Assembly (NCBI GenBank): GCA_964617815.1
Contig: CAZTXY010000003.1
Location: forward strand, 473 to 64,472
Direction: 5' to 3'
From: an uncultured Candidatus Saccharibacteria bacterium
Lineage (GTDB): Bacteria > Patescibacteriota > Doudnabacteria > UBA920
Length of the DNA: 64,000 bases
Of the stretch, positions 47,100 to 55,574 are shown piece by piece. The notes under the pieces were generated by a model. The model ran no database searches and was not told the origin of the DNA. It saw only the letters and a list, made by a program, of their open reading frames with translations. A program made the position numbers and the translations under genes. How positions within the stretch are numbered: the stretch's first letter is position 1; the number at the start of each line of letters is the position of its first letter.

Positions 47100-47696
47100 A
47101 TGCATTGGTTATTTAAGAGGTTTATTCTCGCTATTATTATCCTTGTTCTTGGTGCGGCCATCTTAAATGGTCAATATTTTTTGCGTAATTTAAAACAATG
47201 GTTTTGGCCCCCACAACCTAAAGTGGTCACAACAACACAAGTTAACTTATCGCCAGACACCTTAATTATTGAAAGTTTAGGCATTAGCGCGCCAGTTGTA
47301 TACATAGAGGAGAAAACAGAAACCGCTTATCAAGAAGCTTTGGAACGGGGAGTGGTTCATTTTCCTGATACTGCTAAAGTCGGAGAGGCTGGAACTGTTT
47401 ATATTTTTGGACACTCTTCTGATTATCCTTGGGGTAAGGGGAAATTTAAAACAGTTTTTGCAACACTCCCACAAATTAAAATTGGCAGTAGCATTTTTAT
47501 TACCAATCAAAATTCGCAACCGTTTATTTATAAAGTTATCTCAACAAAAATTATTTCCCCAAATGACACTTCGGTTTTGGAACAGGACCTAAGTAAGCAT
47601 TTGTTAATACTGCAAACTTCTTATCCAGTGGGCACTGCGCTTAAACGTTACATAGTAATAGCAGAACTTGTCCTCTCGGAGGGGAGTCTTCCATAA
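47100..47696 (+). CDS. Sortase-family transpeptidase homolog (catalytic Cys position reads Ser)
   Basis: N-terminal TM anchor, sortase beta-barrel motifs (IESLGISAPV, active-site His in TVYIFGHSS, Arg in KRYIVIA). The TLxTC box reads LILQTSYP: codon tct where tgt is expected. Confidence 0.6.
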   Translation: MHWLFKRFILAIIILVLGAAILNGQYFLRNLKQWFWPPQPKVVTTTQVNLSPDTLIIESLGISAPVVYIEEKTETAYQEALERGVVHFPDTAKVGEAGTVYIFGHSSDYPWGKGKFKTVFATLPQIKIGSSIFITNQNSQPFIYKVISTKIISPNDTSVLEQDLSKHLLILQTSYPVGTALKRYIVIAELVLSEGSLP

Positions 47697-47737
47697 AATG
47701 TTATACTATAAGAGCGATAGATTTGTAAACAAACAAT

Positions 47738-48568
47738 ATGTTAAATAAAAAACTAATTACGCGTAAATACAAAAAACACCCAAGCATAATTTTGCCTTCA
47801 AAACAGCTGGACCAGTATGTGGCAGTGAATCAGGAGGGGATGTCGCCATGGCGGATTTTTAAAATTATGGCTGAATTTGTGACTGGCTATGAATTTATTC
47901 GTCACTATCATCGCGCTGTTACATTTTTTGGTTCAGCACGAGCTGGTTTTAAAGACGAGGTTTATAGAGACGCAACTAAACTTGCATATAATTTGTCCAA
48001 AGAAGGGTTTGCTATTATTACTGGCGGCGGTCCTGGAATTATGGAAGCGGCTAACAAAGGCGCTCTTCAGGCTGGTGGAGAGTCTGTTGGTTTAAACATT
48101 CAGTTGCCAAGAGAGCAAAGGAGCAATCGTTATGTAAATGAGTCAACTTCATTCCATTATTTTTTTACTCGCAAAGTGATGCTTGCAACTGCTTCCCAAG
48201 TCTATGTTTTTTTTCCAGGTGGTTTTGGTACTCTTGATGAGTTATTTGAAATGTTAACTCTAGTGCAGACTAAAAAAATCTCACCCATTAGCGTAGTTCT
48301 TGTAAATAAAGAATTCTGGTCACCACTTTTGAGTTGGATAGAGGAAACTATTTATAAAAAAGACTCTGCAATTAATAAGGCAGATACTCAGCTGTATTCT
48401 TTAGTTGATCATGCTGATGAAGCTTTGGATTTAATTAATAAACTTGCGAAACAGCGGTACTTTAAACCGAAGGCTCGTGCCCTAGAAACACTGGAGAATA
48501 ATCCAAATGGTGTGATAATGTCGAAAACTCGTATTAAGAGCAAACCAAGAAAAAAAGCCTCAAAATGA
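47738..48568 (+). CDS. LOG-family protein (cytokinin riboside 5'-monophosphate phosphoribohydrolase / TIGR00730 family)
   Basis: [10 protein letters not shown]...[17 protein letters not shown]...[12 protein letters not shown]. The true start is probably internal (MAEFVTG... near 47867). Confidence 0.7.
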   Translation: MLNKKLITRKYKKHPSIILPSKQLDQYVAVNQEGMSPWRIFKIMAEFVTGYEFIRHYHRAVTFFGSARAGFKDEVYRDATKLAYNLSKEGFAIITGGGPGIMEAANKGALQAGGESVGLNIQLPREQRSNRYVNESTSFHYFFTRKVMLATASQVYVFFPGGFGTLDELFEMLTLVQTKKISPISVVLVNKEFWSPLLSWIEETIYKKDSAINKADTQLYSLVDHADEALDLINKLAKQRYFKPKARALETLENNPNGVIMSKTRIKSKPRKKASK

Positions 48569-48575
48569 GGCTTTT

Positions 48576-48944
48576 TTAGCGTTTAAAATGGAGGTAAATG
48601 AGACTGAGTACCTTTACTAGGTTTATGGCTATAAGCCCTGCCAGAAGCCAATAATCAGGCTGATGTGTCACAAAGAGTTGGTATAGTAGACCACAGGAAA
48701 GCACTGCCGTTCCTACAAGCAAGCTTATACGGTTAGCAGAATAACGATGGCTAATTTCTCGCTCGTCTGTAGTTTTACCTTCTCCTGCTACTGACATGCC
48801 TACAACATAGACCCCAAGAAGGACACAAACAGTTGCAAGTTTTGTCATGCTCATAGCTGACGCATTGTCTTGTCCAGATATAAGGAAGGCTGTAGTTAAA
48901 ATTATTAGCCCAAGCAATGAAATGTAGTAGTAAATTATTTTCAT
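48576..48944 (-). CDS. Small 4-TM membrane protein, partner of the upstream XRE regulator (DUF2178-like arrangement)
   Basis: Four hydrophobic helices in 122 aa. Immediately downstream of a 65-aa HTH gene. Confidence 0.5.
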   Translation of the reverse strand: MKIIYYYISLLGLIILTTAFLISGQDNASAMSMTKLATVCVLLGVYVVGMSVAGEGKTTDEREISHRYSANRISLLVGTAVLSCGLLYQLFVTHQPDYWLLAGLIAINLVKVLSLIYLHFKR

Positions 48945-48956
48945 AGGTTTTATACT

Positions 48957-49016
48957 GTGTCATTCCAGCGAAGGCTGGAATCCAGTCTGGATCCCAAATC
49001 AAGTTTGGGATGACAA
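48957..49016. repeat. MITE/REP-like palindromic element, copy R5 (gtgtcattccagcgaaggctggaatccagtctggatcccaaatcaagtttgggatgacaa)
   Basis: Two internal hairpins (ttccagc/gctggaa and tcccaaa/tttggga). It is the near-exact reverse complement of copy R6 at 55497. The ORF-track entry 48775..49002 simply translates this element. Confidence 0.75.
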
Positions 49017-49029
49017 AATTGGTTAGTCT

Positions 49030-49227
49030 CTATTCTGTTTGAAACAATTCTTCCACGCTAATTTTAAAAAACTTAGCTAATTGCATAGCTAGCATAAGTG
49101 AAGGAGTGTAGTTTCCTTTTTCAATAGCAATAACCGTCTGTCGTGAGACGCCAATAGTAGATGCTAAATCGTCTTGAGTTATATTACGCTGAAGGCGTAA
49201 TTTTTTTATATTATTTTGTATGGTCAT
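49030..49227 (-). CDS. XRE-family helix-turn-helix transcriptional regulator
   Basis: LRLQRNITQDDLASTIGVSRQTVIAIEKG is a classic HTH_3 motif. 65 aa. Confidence 0.8.
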   Translation of the reverse strand: MTIQNNIKKLRLQRNITQDDLASTIGVSRQTVIAIEKGNYTPSLMLAMQLAKFFKISVEELFQTE

Positions 49228-49230
49228 AAA

Positions 49231-49268
49231 GCTAGTTCCTAGTAACTAGTATCTAGTGACTAGTCTTA
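49231..49268. repeat. TAGT-heptad array filling the whole spacer between the TlpA-like stop and the XRE start (gcTAGTTCC TAGTAAC TAGTATC TAGTGAC TAGTCTT)
   Basis: Five 7-bp units. Confidence 0.6.
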
Positions 49269-50321
49269 TCCAAAAGTAAAGGTAAAGGCTTCAAATCCCG
49301 CACCGGAAATTTCAATAATTAGAGTGTATTCATTATTCTCATCAGCGCTGTATAAAGTGTAGAGTTGTGAGTCACCAACAGTGACAGGGGCAACCTCTTC
49401 GTTATTGATAAATATTTTTAGTTTTGAGCCAAGTTTACTGGCTGCTACCATGTGCACTTCTTTGCCTTGATAGCGTAGTCGTATCTTTCCTTTTCCAGAA
49501 GCGAGGACTGCTTTTTCAGGCTCTATAATCCAGTCACCTTCAAGCTGAAATTCATTTAGATTTTGAACGCTTGTAAAAGAAAAAGTTTGCGATGCTTGGG
49601 TGTTGGTAAATTTTTGGGCCAAGTGCTCGAGACGATTTGAACCAAAATACATTTCTGGACTACCTATACTTTTTGAGTTTTGATCTGAATCTAAAACAGT
49701 TTTTTTATCAAGCCCTAAAAGTTGTCTGATTAACGATTCAGTTTCTTCATACTTACCTTCACCAAAATGGGTATAGACAATATTACCCTCTTGATCAATT
49801 AAGTATTTAGCAGGCCAGTATTGGTTCTTGTAAGCGTTCCAAGTCGCAAAATTATTGTCCTGGGCAACCGGGTAAGTAATTTTGTAGCGTTTTAAGGCAG
49901 TCTCTACATTTTTTGTAACTTTTTCAAACTCAAATTCCGGAGTGTGTACGCCGATGATTACAAGACCTTGGTCTTTATAAGTCTCATGCCACTTTGTTAT
50001 ATAGGGGAGTGTGCGAATACAATTAATGCAAGAGTATGTCCAAAAATCAATTAAAACAACTTTGCCACGATATTCTGCCAGGGTTGCTGCTTGCTTGCCA
50101 GAAGGTAAGTTGAGCCATTTGTTAATACCCACAAATTCTGCTGCTGGTCCTTGGCTTTTTAACTCCGCTGGTTTTTCATCTTTTGCATTATCAATTCCAA
50201 GCAGAGAAGACACGGAGTTTGTTTTTGTGCCATCTGTATTAGTTTTAGACGTCTTGTCTATATATATACCACCAGCAATAAGTAGAACAACAACTATGAT
50301 TATGTATGGAAGTGCTTTCAT
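49266..50321 (-). CDS. Membrane-anchored thioredoxin-fold thiol:disulfide oxidoreductase (TlpA/ResA/DsbE-like) with an extra C-terminal domain
   Basis: Redox motif WTYSCINC (CxxC) in a TlpA-like fold. N-terminal TM. 351 aa. Confidence 0.7.
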   Translation of the reverse strand: MKALPYIIIVVVLLIAGGIYIDKTSKTNTDGTKTNSVSSLLGIDNAKDEKPAELKSQGPAAEFVGINKWLNLPSGKQAATLAEYRGKVVLIDFWTYSCINCIRTLPYITKWHETYKDQGLVIIGVHTPEFEFEKVTKNVETALKRYKITYPVAQDNNFATWNAYKNQYWPAKYLIDQEGNIVYTHFGEGKYEETESLIRQLLGLDKKTVLDSDQNSKSIGSPEMYFGSNRLEHLAQKFTNTQASQTFSFTSVQNLNEFQLEGDWIIEPEKAVLASGKGKIRLRYQGKEVHMVAASKLGSKLKIFINNEEVAPVTVGDSQLYTLYSADENNEYTLIIEISGAGFEAFTFTFG

Positions 50322-50324
50322 ATT

Positions 50325-50367
50325 TTTAGTGACTAGCCACTAGTAACTAGCTTCTAGTGTTACTGCA
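50325..50367. repeat. TAGT-heptad array (TAGTGAC TAGCCAC TAGTAAC TAGCTTC TAGTGTT)
   Basis: Five units between the ccdA stop and the TlpA-like start. Confidence 0.6.
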
Positions 50368-50376
50368 GCTTCTTAA

Positions 50377-51090
50377 TTATTTTAATAACTTTTGTTCTAG
50401 TGTGCCAAAGTTATAGTACTCCAAGATTTTAGCTTGAAGGACTAAGTCATACTGGAAATACATAGCGACGGCAAGTCCAATAATCAACACTCCGAAAACT
50501 TGTTGCATTCTTGTTGCGTATTGGGCAAAGCTGCGAACCTTTGTTGTTACTAACTGTCCGCCGTAGGCAATAATTAACATGGGAATTCCAGCACCAACCG
50601 CGTAGGCGACAAGCAAAATAGAAGCGCGACCTACTTCAGTGGAAGTGGCAATTAGAGTCAGAATAGAGCCAAGAACTGGGCCAGCGCATGGTGTCCAGAT
50701 TACACCGAGCATTACACCAAGGACAAAGCCGCCAAAATTGCCCGTGCCAGCTGCAGTAGCTGTTTGGTTAGCTTTGTTGATAAAACCACTTAAGTAAACG
50801 GTCAGTTTTTCAAACGGCGTTGGCCAAATCATAAATAGTCCAAAAATTCCGAGAGCGACAATCGCAATATTGCGCAGAACATCTGGAGCGATGTTTAGGT
50901 TTGTAACTAAATAAGAGAGGAGTAGTCCGGTTAAGGCAAAGGTTAAAACGAACCCTAGGGCAATAAACAAGGGCCTTGTTTTGCTTTGTTGTCCTACTGA
51001 GGCGCCAAGCAAAATAGGGAGTAGGGGTAGAATGCATGGGGCACCAATGGTTAGGATGCCTGCTATAATCGCAAAAAGAATTTGTAGCAT
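50377..51090 (-). CDS. ccdA: Cytochrome c-type biogenesis / thiol-disulfide electron transporter CcdA (DsbD beta-domain family)
   Basis: Six TM helices with the two conserved Cys (GAPCILPLLP and WTPCAGPVLG). Confidence 0.8.
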   Translation of the reverse strand: MLQILFAIIAGILTIGAPCILPLLPILLGASVGQQSKTRPLFIALGFVLTFALTGLLLSYLVTNLNIAPDVLRNIAIVALGIFGLFMIWPTPFEKLTVYLSGFINKANQTATAAGTGNFGGFVLGVMLGVIWTPCAGPVLGSILTLIATSTEVGRASILLVAYAVGAGIPMLIIAYGGQLVTTKVRSFAQYATRMQQVFGVLIIGLAVAMYFQYDLVLQAKILEYYNFGTLEQKLLK

Positions 51091-51097
51091 AATTTAG

Positions 51098-51135
51098 TTT
51101 GCTAGTAACTAGTCACTAGTGGCTGGTCACTAATT
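51098..51135. repeat. TAGT-heptad array (gcTAGTAAC TAGTCAC TAGTGGC TGGTCAC TAATT)
   Basis: Between the thioredoxin stop and the ccdA start. Confidence 0.55.
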
Positions 51136-51136
51136 A

Positions 51137-51673
51137 TTACTTGATATTTGTTTTTAATGAATCTATATCCCCACCATTCCATTTAGTAACCATGTTTCCT
51201 TGTTGATCGATTTGGACAAATGTATGCTGGTAGGTAACGCCGTATTTCTTTTTTAGATCGGTGTTGCTGTCGTAGTCAGTTTTAAGCACAGTCACCCCGC
51301 TAGGGATTTCGCCAAGCTTAGATTTAAAAGCACTGTCGGCGGCTTTACAAAAAGGACACCAAGGGGCATGAAAGAAGAGAACAACTTTTTGACCTTGTGC
51401 TTGTTCGTCTTTAACTGTGCTTTCAGAATAATCTTTATAGGCTCCAGCCTTTTTGACCATAGATTCTTGGCTGGTGCTTCCTGCGTCGCTGTTTGGCTTG
51501 TCTTTTTCCATCATAGCGTTTTCATTTGTGGCTGGTGTTTGTGTTTCTTCCATCTTTTTATCATCTACTACCACGTCGCTGGCTATATCTTGCTTATTAT
51601 CCTGGCTTAAGACAACTCCAATAACAATAATTGCGATTAACACTAATATCCCCGCGAGCATTTTTTTATTCAT
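51137..51673 (-). CDS. Membrane-anchored thioredoxin-like protein
   Basis: WCPFC active site. N-terminal TM anchor. 178 aa. Confidence 0.7.
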   Translation of the reverse strand: MNKKMLAGILVLIAIIVIGVVLSQDNKQDIASDVVVDDKKMEETQTPATNENAMMEKDKPNSDAGSTSQESMVKKAGAYKDYSESTVKDEQAQGQKVVLFFHAPWCPFCKAADSAFKSKLGEIPSGVTVLKTDYDSNTDLKKKYGVTYQHTFVQIDQQGNMVTKWNGGDIDSLKTNIK

Positions 51674-51813
51674 TTGAAATAGTTTAATTTTAATATATTT
51701 CTAGTTTAACATGCTGGGATTATATGTCAAGTGTACTTTACATTGAGATATTAGTAGTACTACTATATACTGATAAACCGGCTTTCAGCCGAGATTTTTC
51801 GAAGGAGTGAACC

Positions 51814-53397
51814 ATGAAAGTCAAACGAGCGCTGATCAGCGTTTCGGACAAGAGGTACATCGACAAACTCGGCTGGGCTCTTACCAAGCTCGGCGTGGAG
51901 ATTATTTCTACGGGTGGAACCGCCAAGGCGCTTTTGCAAGCGGGAGTGCCCATCATTGACGCCAGTGAGTTCACTGGCTGGCCCGAGATGTTCGAAGGTC
52001 GCCTCAAGACCTTGCACCCTCTCATCCACGGGGGAATTCTGTTCCGCCGGGGCAACGAAGAAGACCAGCGCCAGGCCGCCGAACATGGCGTCGTGGGGAT
52101 CGACCTCGTCGTGGTCAATCTTTATCCTTTTGCCGCGACCGTGGCAAAGGAGGGCGTGACCTTCGAAGACGCGGTCGAGAATATCGACATCGGCGGGCCG
52201 ACCATGGTGCGGGCGGCTGGCAAGAACTACGAGGATGTTGCTGTGGTCGTCGATTCCGGCGACTACGAAGCACTCATCGAGGAACTGGAGTTCAGTGGTG
52301 GCAACCTTTCGCTTATGACTCGCTTCAGTCTGATGAGCAAGGCCTTCGCCCATACGGCGGCCTACGACAGCGCGATCGCTGACTTCATTGCCAACCGGGC
52401 GACGTTTAACCCCGGAACCGAGAAGGTCGAGGTGCTTGATGCTGAAGCGATGCCGGCGCGGGTAACGCTGCAGTTGAGGCGCAAGGACACTCTTCGCTAC
52501 GGTGAGAACCCGCATCAGAAGTCTGCGCTGTACACTACGGCGCAGTCTGACGGTGGCGTTGCAGCGGCTGTTCAGATCCAGGGCAAGGGTCTTTCTATGA
52601 CCAACTATCTGGACATGGACGCGGCCTGGAAGATCGTAGGGGAGCTCGCAGGGGAGCTCGTCTCCTTTCAAGTCCCTTGTGCAATCGTCAAGCACGCAAC
52701 CCCGTGCGGCGTTGCCATCGGAGCAACCCAAGTTGATGCCTACATTCGGGCTTTTGCCTGCGATCCAAAGTCGGCTTTCGGCGGCGTCATCGCGTTCGAT
52801 GATGTGGTTGACGGTGATGCGGCCAGAGCAGTTCTGAGCCATTTCGTTGAGGTCGTGATCGCAACTGATTACACCGACGAGGCTCTGGAGGAGTTTCAGC
52901 GAAAGCCCAACGTTCGTGTGATGCGGGCGCCAAACGCGGTAGCTGAACCTTTCGAGCTTCGTAGTATCAGTGGCGGCCTGCTGTTTCAGCAGCCTGACAC
53001 TGACGCCATTCACGCTCTCTCTGTCGTCACGGAGCGTCAACCCACGGAATTCGAGGAGAACGATCTGTGGCTCGCCAACATGTTGGTCAAGTACGTCAAG
53101 AGCAACGGCATTGTCTACGTTCGCGACCAGCAGATGGTGGCGGTGTGTGGTGGACAGACGAGTCGAGTGGATGCGGTGCGCATGGCTGGCGAGAAGGCTG
53201 TGCTTCCGCTTGCTGGTTCTGTGTTGGCCTCAGACGCCTTTTTCCCGTTTCGCGACAATGTCGATGAGGCGGCAAAGGCAGGCGTTACGGCCATCATTCA
53301 GCCGGGAGGATCGAATCGCGATCAGGAGGTCATCGATACAGCCAACGAGAATGACATGGCCATGATCTTCACTGGCACACGCCACTTTCGGCACTGA
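51814..53397 (+). CDS. purH: Bifunctional AICAR transformylase / IMP cyclohydrolase
   Basis: N-terminal MGS-like IMPCH domain (KRALISVSDK...GVEIISTGGTAKAL...LKTLHP) plus the AICARFT domain. 527 aa. SD aaggag. Strongly GC-rich. Confidence 0.88.
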   Translation: MKVKRALISVSDKRYIDKLGWALTKLGVEIISTGGTAKALLQAGVPIIDASEFTGWPEMFEGRLKTLHPLIHGGILFRRGNEEDQRQAAEHGVVGIDLVVVNLYPFAATVAKEGVTFEDAVENIDIGGPTMVRAAGKNYEDVAVVVDSGDYEALIEELEFSGGNLSLMTRFSLMSKAFAHTAAYDSAIADFIANRATFNPGTEKVEVLDAEAMPARVTLQLRRKDTLRYGENPHQKSALYTTAQSDGGVAAAVQIQGKGLSMTNYLDMDAAWKIVGELAGELVSFQVPCAIVKHATPCGVAIGATQVDAYIRAFACDPKSAFGGVIAFDDVVDGDAARAVLSHFVEVVIATDYTDEALEEFQRKPNVRVMRAPNAVAEPFELRSISGGLLFQQPDTDAIHALSVVTERQPTEFEENDLWLANMLVKYVKSNGIVYVRDQQMVAVCGGQTSRVDAVRMAGEKAVLPLAGSVLASDAFFPFRDNVDEAAKAGVTAIIQPGGSNRDQEVIDTANENDMAMIFTGTRHFRH

Positions 53398-53423
53398 GCA
53401 GTTACAAACGGGGGAGAGTTTTT

Positions 53424-53486
53424 GCAGAGCATCTGGCTCTGCGTTTGGGCGGGTCGCTACACCAGCGACCCGCCCTCATCTTTTTT
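53424..53486 (+). terminator. Tandem terminator hairpins after purH (gcagagc atctg gctctgc; gggcgggtcgc tacaccag cgacccgccc then tcatctttttt)
   Basis: Read directly from the sequence. Confidence 0.7.
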
Positions 53487-53522
53487 ATGTTATAATTTAC
53501 TTAATAAAACTAATCTAAAAAA

Positions 53523-54086
53523 ATGAAACAAAAAGAAATTTTACTTTGGACGCTAGCGGTTTCTGCTTTGATCTTATCAGTCATCGCCACTTTTGGATCT
53601 CGTTTGCAAGGACTTTCTTCAGAAGCTGCTTCTAGACCACAAAATATGACCATGTCACAAAATCAGGGGACATTAAGAGTGACCACTGGTGGAATAGTCA
53701 CAAATGGTGATGAAAATTCACCTACAGCTCCAGGATGCGATTATAGTGAGGTATCGATATCTATGACTTATAGTGAGGATACTCAAACAAGAAATGATAA
53801 TATTGAAAGAGCATTTTTTGAACTTCAAGCACGCTGTGGGCAGACTAGTAGTTGTTCTGGTTTGGCCAATACTATTGATGAATTAAATGAGCAAATGTCA
53901 GGTCAGAATACTATATCCGAAGAGAGCCGTCAGGCGGGGCAAACATGGTTGAATGATATGACAGCAGCTTTTAGACAATGGTGCGGTGGTCATAATAGTG
54001 GCGCAAATAGTGATGGAGGTGATCCCGAAGCTTGTAACCGTGGAGGTGGTACAACATGTTTAGAACCCGGAGCGGTATTGAATTAA
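53523..54086 (+). CDS. Secreted Cys-containing hypothetical protein
   Basis: Signal peptide MKQKEILLWTLAVSALILSVIATFGS. Eight Cys. Confidence 0.45.
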   Translation: MKQKEILLWTLAVSALILSVIATFGSRLQGLSSEAASRPQNMTMSQNQGTLRVTTGGIVTNGDENSPTAPGCDYSEVSISMTYSEDTQTRNDNIERAFFELQARCGQTSSCSGLANTIDELNEQMSGQNTISEESRQAGQTWLNDMTAAFRQWCGGHNSGANSDGGDPEACNRGGGTTCLEPGAVLN

Positions 54087-54105
54087 AATTCAGGTAGAAT
54101 ATAAA

Positions 54106-54132
54106 TTAGCACTCTACTTGACAGAGTGCTAA
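54106..54132 (+). promoter_or_regulatory. CIRCE operator (TTAGCACTC-N9-GAGTGCTAA), the HrcA binding site
   Basis: Perfect match to the consensus inverted repeat, 54 nt upstream of the hrcA start. Confidence 0.85.
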
Positions 54133-54185
54133 TTTTTTATTATCATATTAACAGTAGATTATAATCATCAATAAACCGCACAAAT

Positions 54186-54941
54186 ATGGCGGAAAAAGAC
54201 ATTCAAATCAGTCCTCGGCAAGCTAAAATCCTTGCCGCTATTGTCAAAGAAAACTGCGAATCTGGCCAGCCTGTGGCCAGCCGTGACTTGGAAGAGAAGT
54301 ATAACTTCGACGTCAGTGGAGCCACTATTCGAAATGAAATGCAGGCTTTGGAAAAGTTAGGCTTTGTCACGCATACGCATACTTCTAGTGGGCGTGTGCC
54401 TACAGACAAAGGCTTCCGCTATTTTGTTAACCAGCTCATGGACCACGTAAAGCTTACTGCAAAAGAGCAGGAACGACTTAGAGTGGAAGTCATGAAGTTG
54501 TCCTTGGTTAATGCTGAAGTGGGAAGACGCTTGGCAAAACTAATTACTCAACAAACTGCCCAAGCTTCATTTACAATTTTCCCTCAAGAGGTGTCATCAA
54601 CTGGTTTATCGAATATTTTGGATAATCCAAATCTTTCAGGGGACGACGCTAAAGAGATAGCTCAATTTTTTGACTCGCTAGATGAATATGCTGATCAGTT
54701 TATTGCCGACTACGCCGACGGTGAACCAAAAGCATATATCGGAAAAGAGCTTACTCTTTCTAAGCACTCAGACTATTCTATGATAGTTTCTGGACTTAAA
54801 TTACCATCAGGGAAAAAAGGGGTAATTGGACTGATTGGTCCTAAAAGTATGCAGTATCAGAAAAATATGTCATTGATGGAGTATTTAACAAAACTTCTTG
54901 GTGGTGGTGCTGCAGTAACTTTACTTTTTTTAATTAAATAA
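54186..54941 (+). CDS. hrcA: Heat-inducible transcription repressor HrcA (short form)
   Basis: N-terminal winged helix: LSPRQAKILAAIVKENCESGQPVASRDL...SGATIRNEMQALEKLGFVTHTHTSSGRVPTDKGFRYFV. Confidence 0.8.
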   Translation: MAEKDIQISPRQAKILAAIVKENCESGQPVASRDLEEKYNFDVSGATIRNEMQALEKLGFVTHTHTSSGRVPTDKGFRYFVNQLMDHVKLTAKEQERLRVEVMKLSLVNAEVGRRLAKLITQQTAQASFTIFPQEVSSTGLSNILDNPNLSGDDAKEIAQFFDSLDEYADQFIADYADGEPKAYIGKELTLSKHSDYSMIVSGLKLPSGKKGVIGLIGPKSMQYQKNMSLMEYLTKLLGGGAAVTLLFLIK

Positions 54942-54947
54942 GAAGTT

Positions 54948-55493
54948 ATGAACGACAAACAACATGCTCAAATTCCTATTGAAGATGAAGACCAAAGCGA
55001 TTCTGTGGCTAACAGCAGCGCAGGTGGTCTGGCGGATTGGGAAGTGGATTTACAAAAAGCTCAAGACGAGGCGGCCAAAAATTTAGATGGATGGAAGCGG
55101 ACGTTGGCTGACTTTGAAAATTATCAGAAACGAAAAGAGAACGAGAATAAGGACTTGATAGAGTTTGCCCGTGAGGTGGTGGTGGCTAAACTGCTTCCGA
55201 CGCTCGACACTATTAAACAAGGACTTCTTCACATCCCAGAGGACATGGCCAAAATGGAAGAATGGAAAAATGGTATTGATGGGACACTAAAACAAGTTGA
55301 TACTACTTTAGCTGAACTGGGAGTTAAAAAAATTGAAAGCGTCGGAAAAAAATTTGATCCCCATTTTCACGAAGCAGTCCGGGAAATTTCAGGACAAGAA
55401 GACGGTATTGTCATGGAAGAGTATCAAACAGGCTATGAATTAAACGGTAAAGTAATTCGGCCCTCACAAGTAGTAATAAGTAAAAAACAGTAA
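54948..55493 (+). CDS. grpE: Nucleotide exchange factor GrpE
   Basis: Coiled-coil region followed by the C-terminal beta domain (ADFENYQKR...DPHFHEAV...GYELNGKVIRPSQVVI). Confidence 0.85.
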   Translation: MNDKQHAQIPIEDEDQSDSVANSSAGGLADWEVDLQKAQDEAAKNLDGWKRTLADFENYQKRKENENKDLIEFAREVVVAKLLPTLDTIKQGLLHIPEDMAKMEEWKNGIDGTLKQVDTTLAELGVKKIESVGKKFDPHFHEAVREISGQEDGIVMEEYQTGYELNGKVIRPSQVVISKKQ

Positions 55494-55496
55494 AGT

Positions 55497-55557
55497 TGTC
55501 ATCCCAAACTTGATTTGGGATCCAGTCTGGATTCCAGCTTTCGCTGGAATGACACAT
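55497..55557. repeat. MITE/REP-like palindromic element, copy R6, between grpE and dnaK
   Basis: ttgtcatcccaaacttgatttgggatccagtctggattccagctttcgctggaatgacaca is the reverse complement of R5 with two substitutions. Confidence 0.75.
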
Positions 55558-55574
55558 ATTTGAAAGGAACTATT

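Noticed and set aside
48775-49002. 75-aa ORF between the XRE gene and the membrane-protein gene
   Set aside because: It merely translates the palindromic repeat element R5 ([15 protein letters not shown]...). The same artefact extends the ORF-track DnaK start at 55515.
51763-53040. 425-aa minus-strand ORF antisense to purH
   Set aside because: Same reasoning. purH on the plus strand has unmistakable family motifs and an SD. The antisense ORF is a GC-content artefact.
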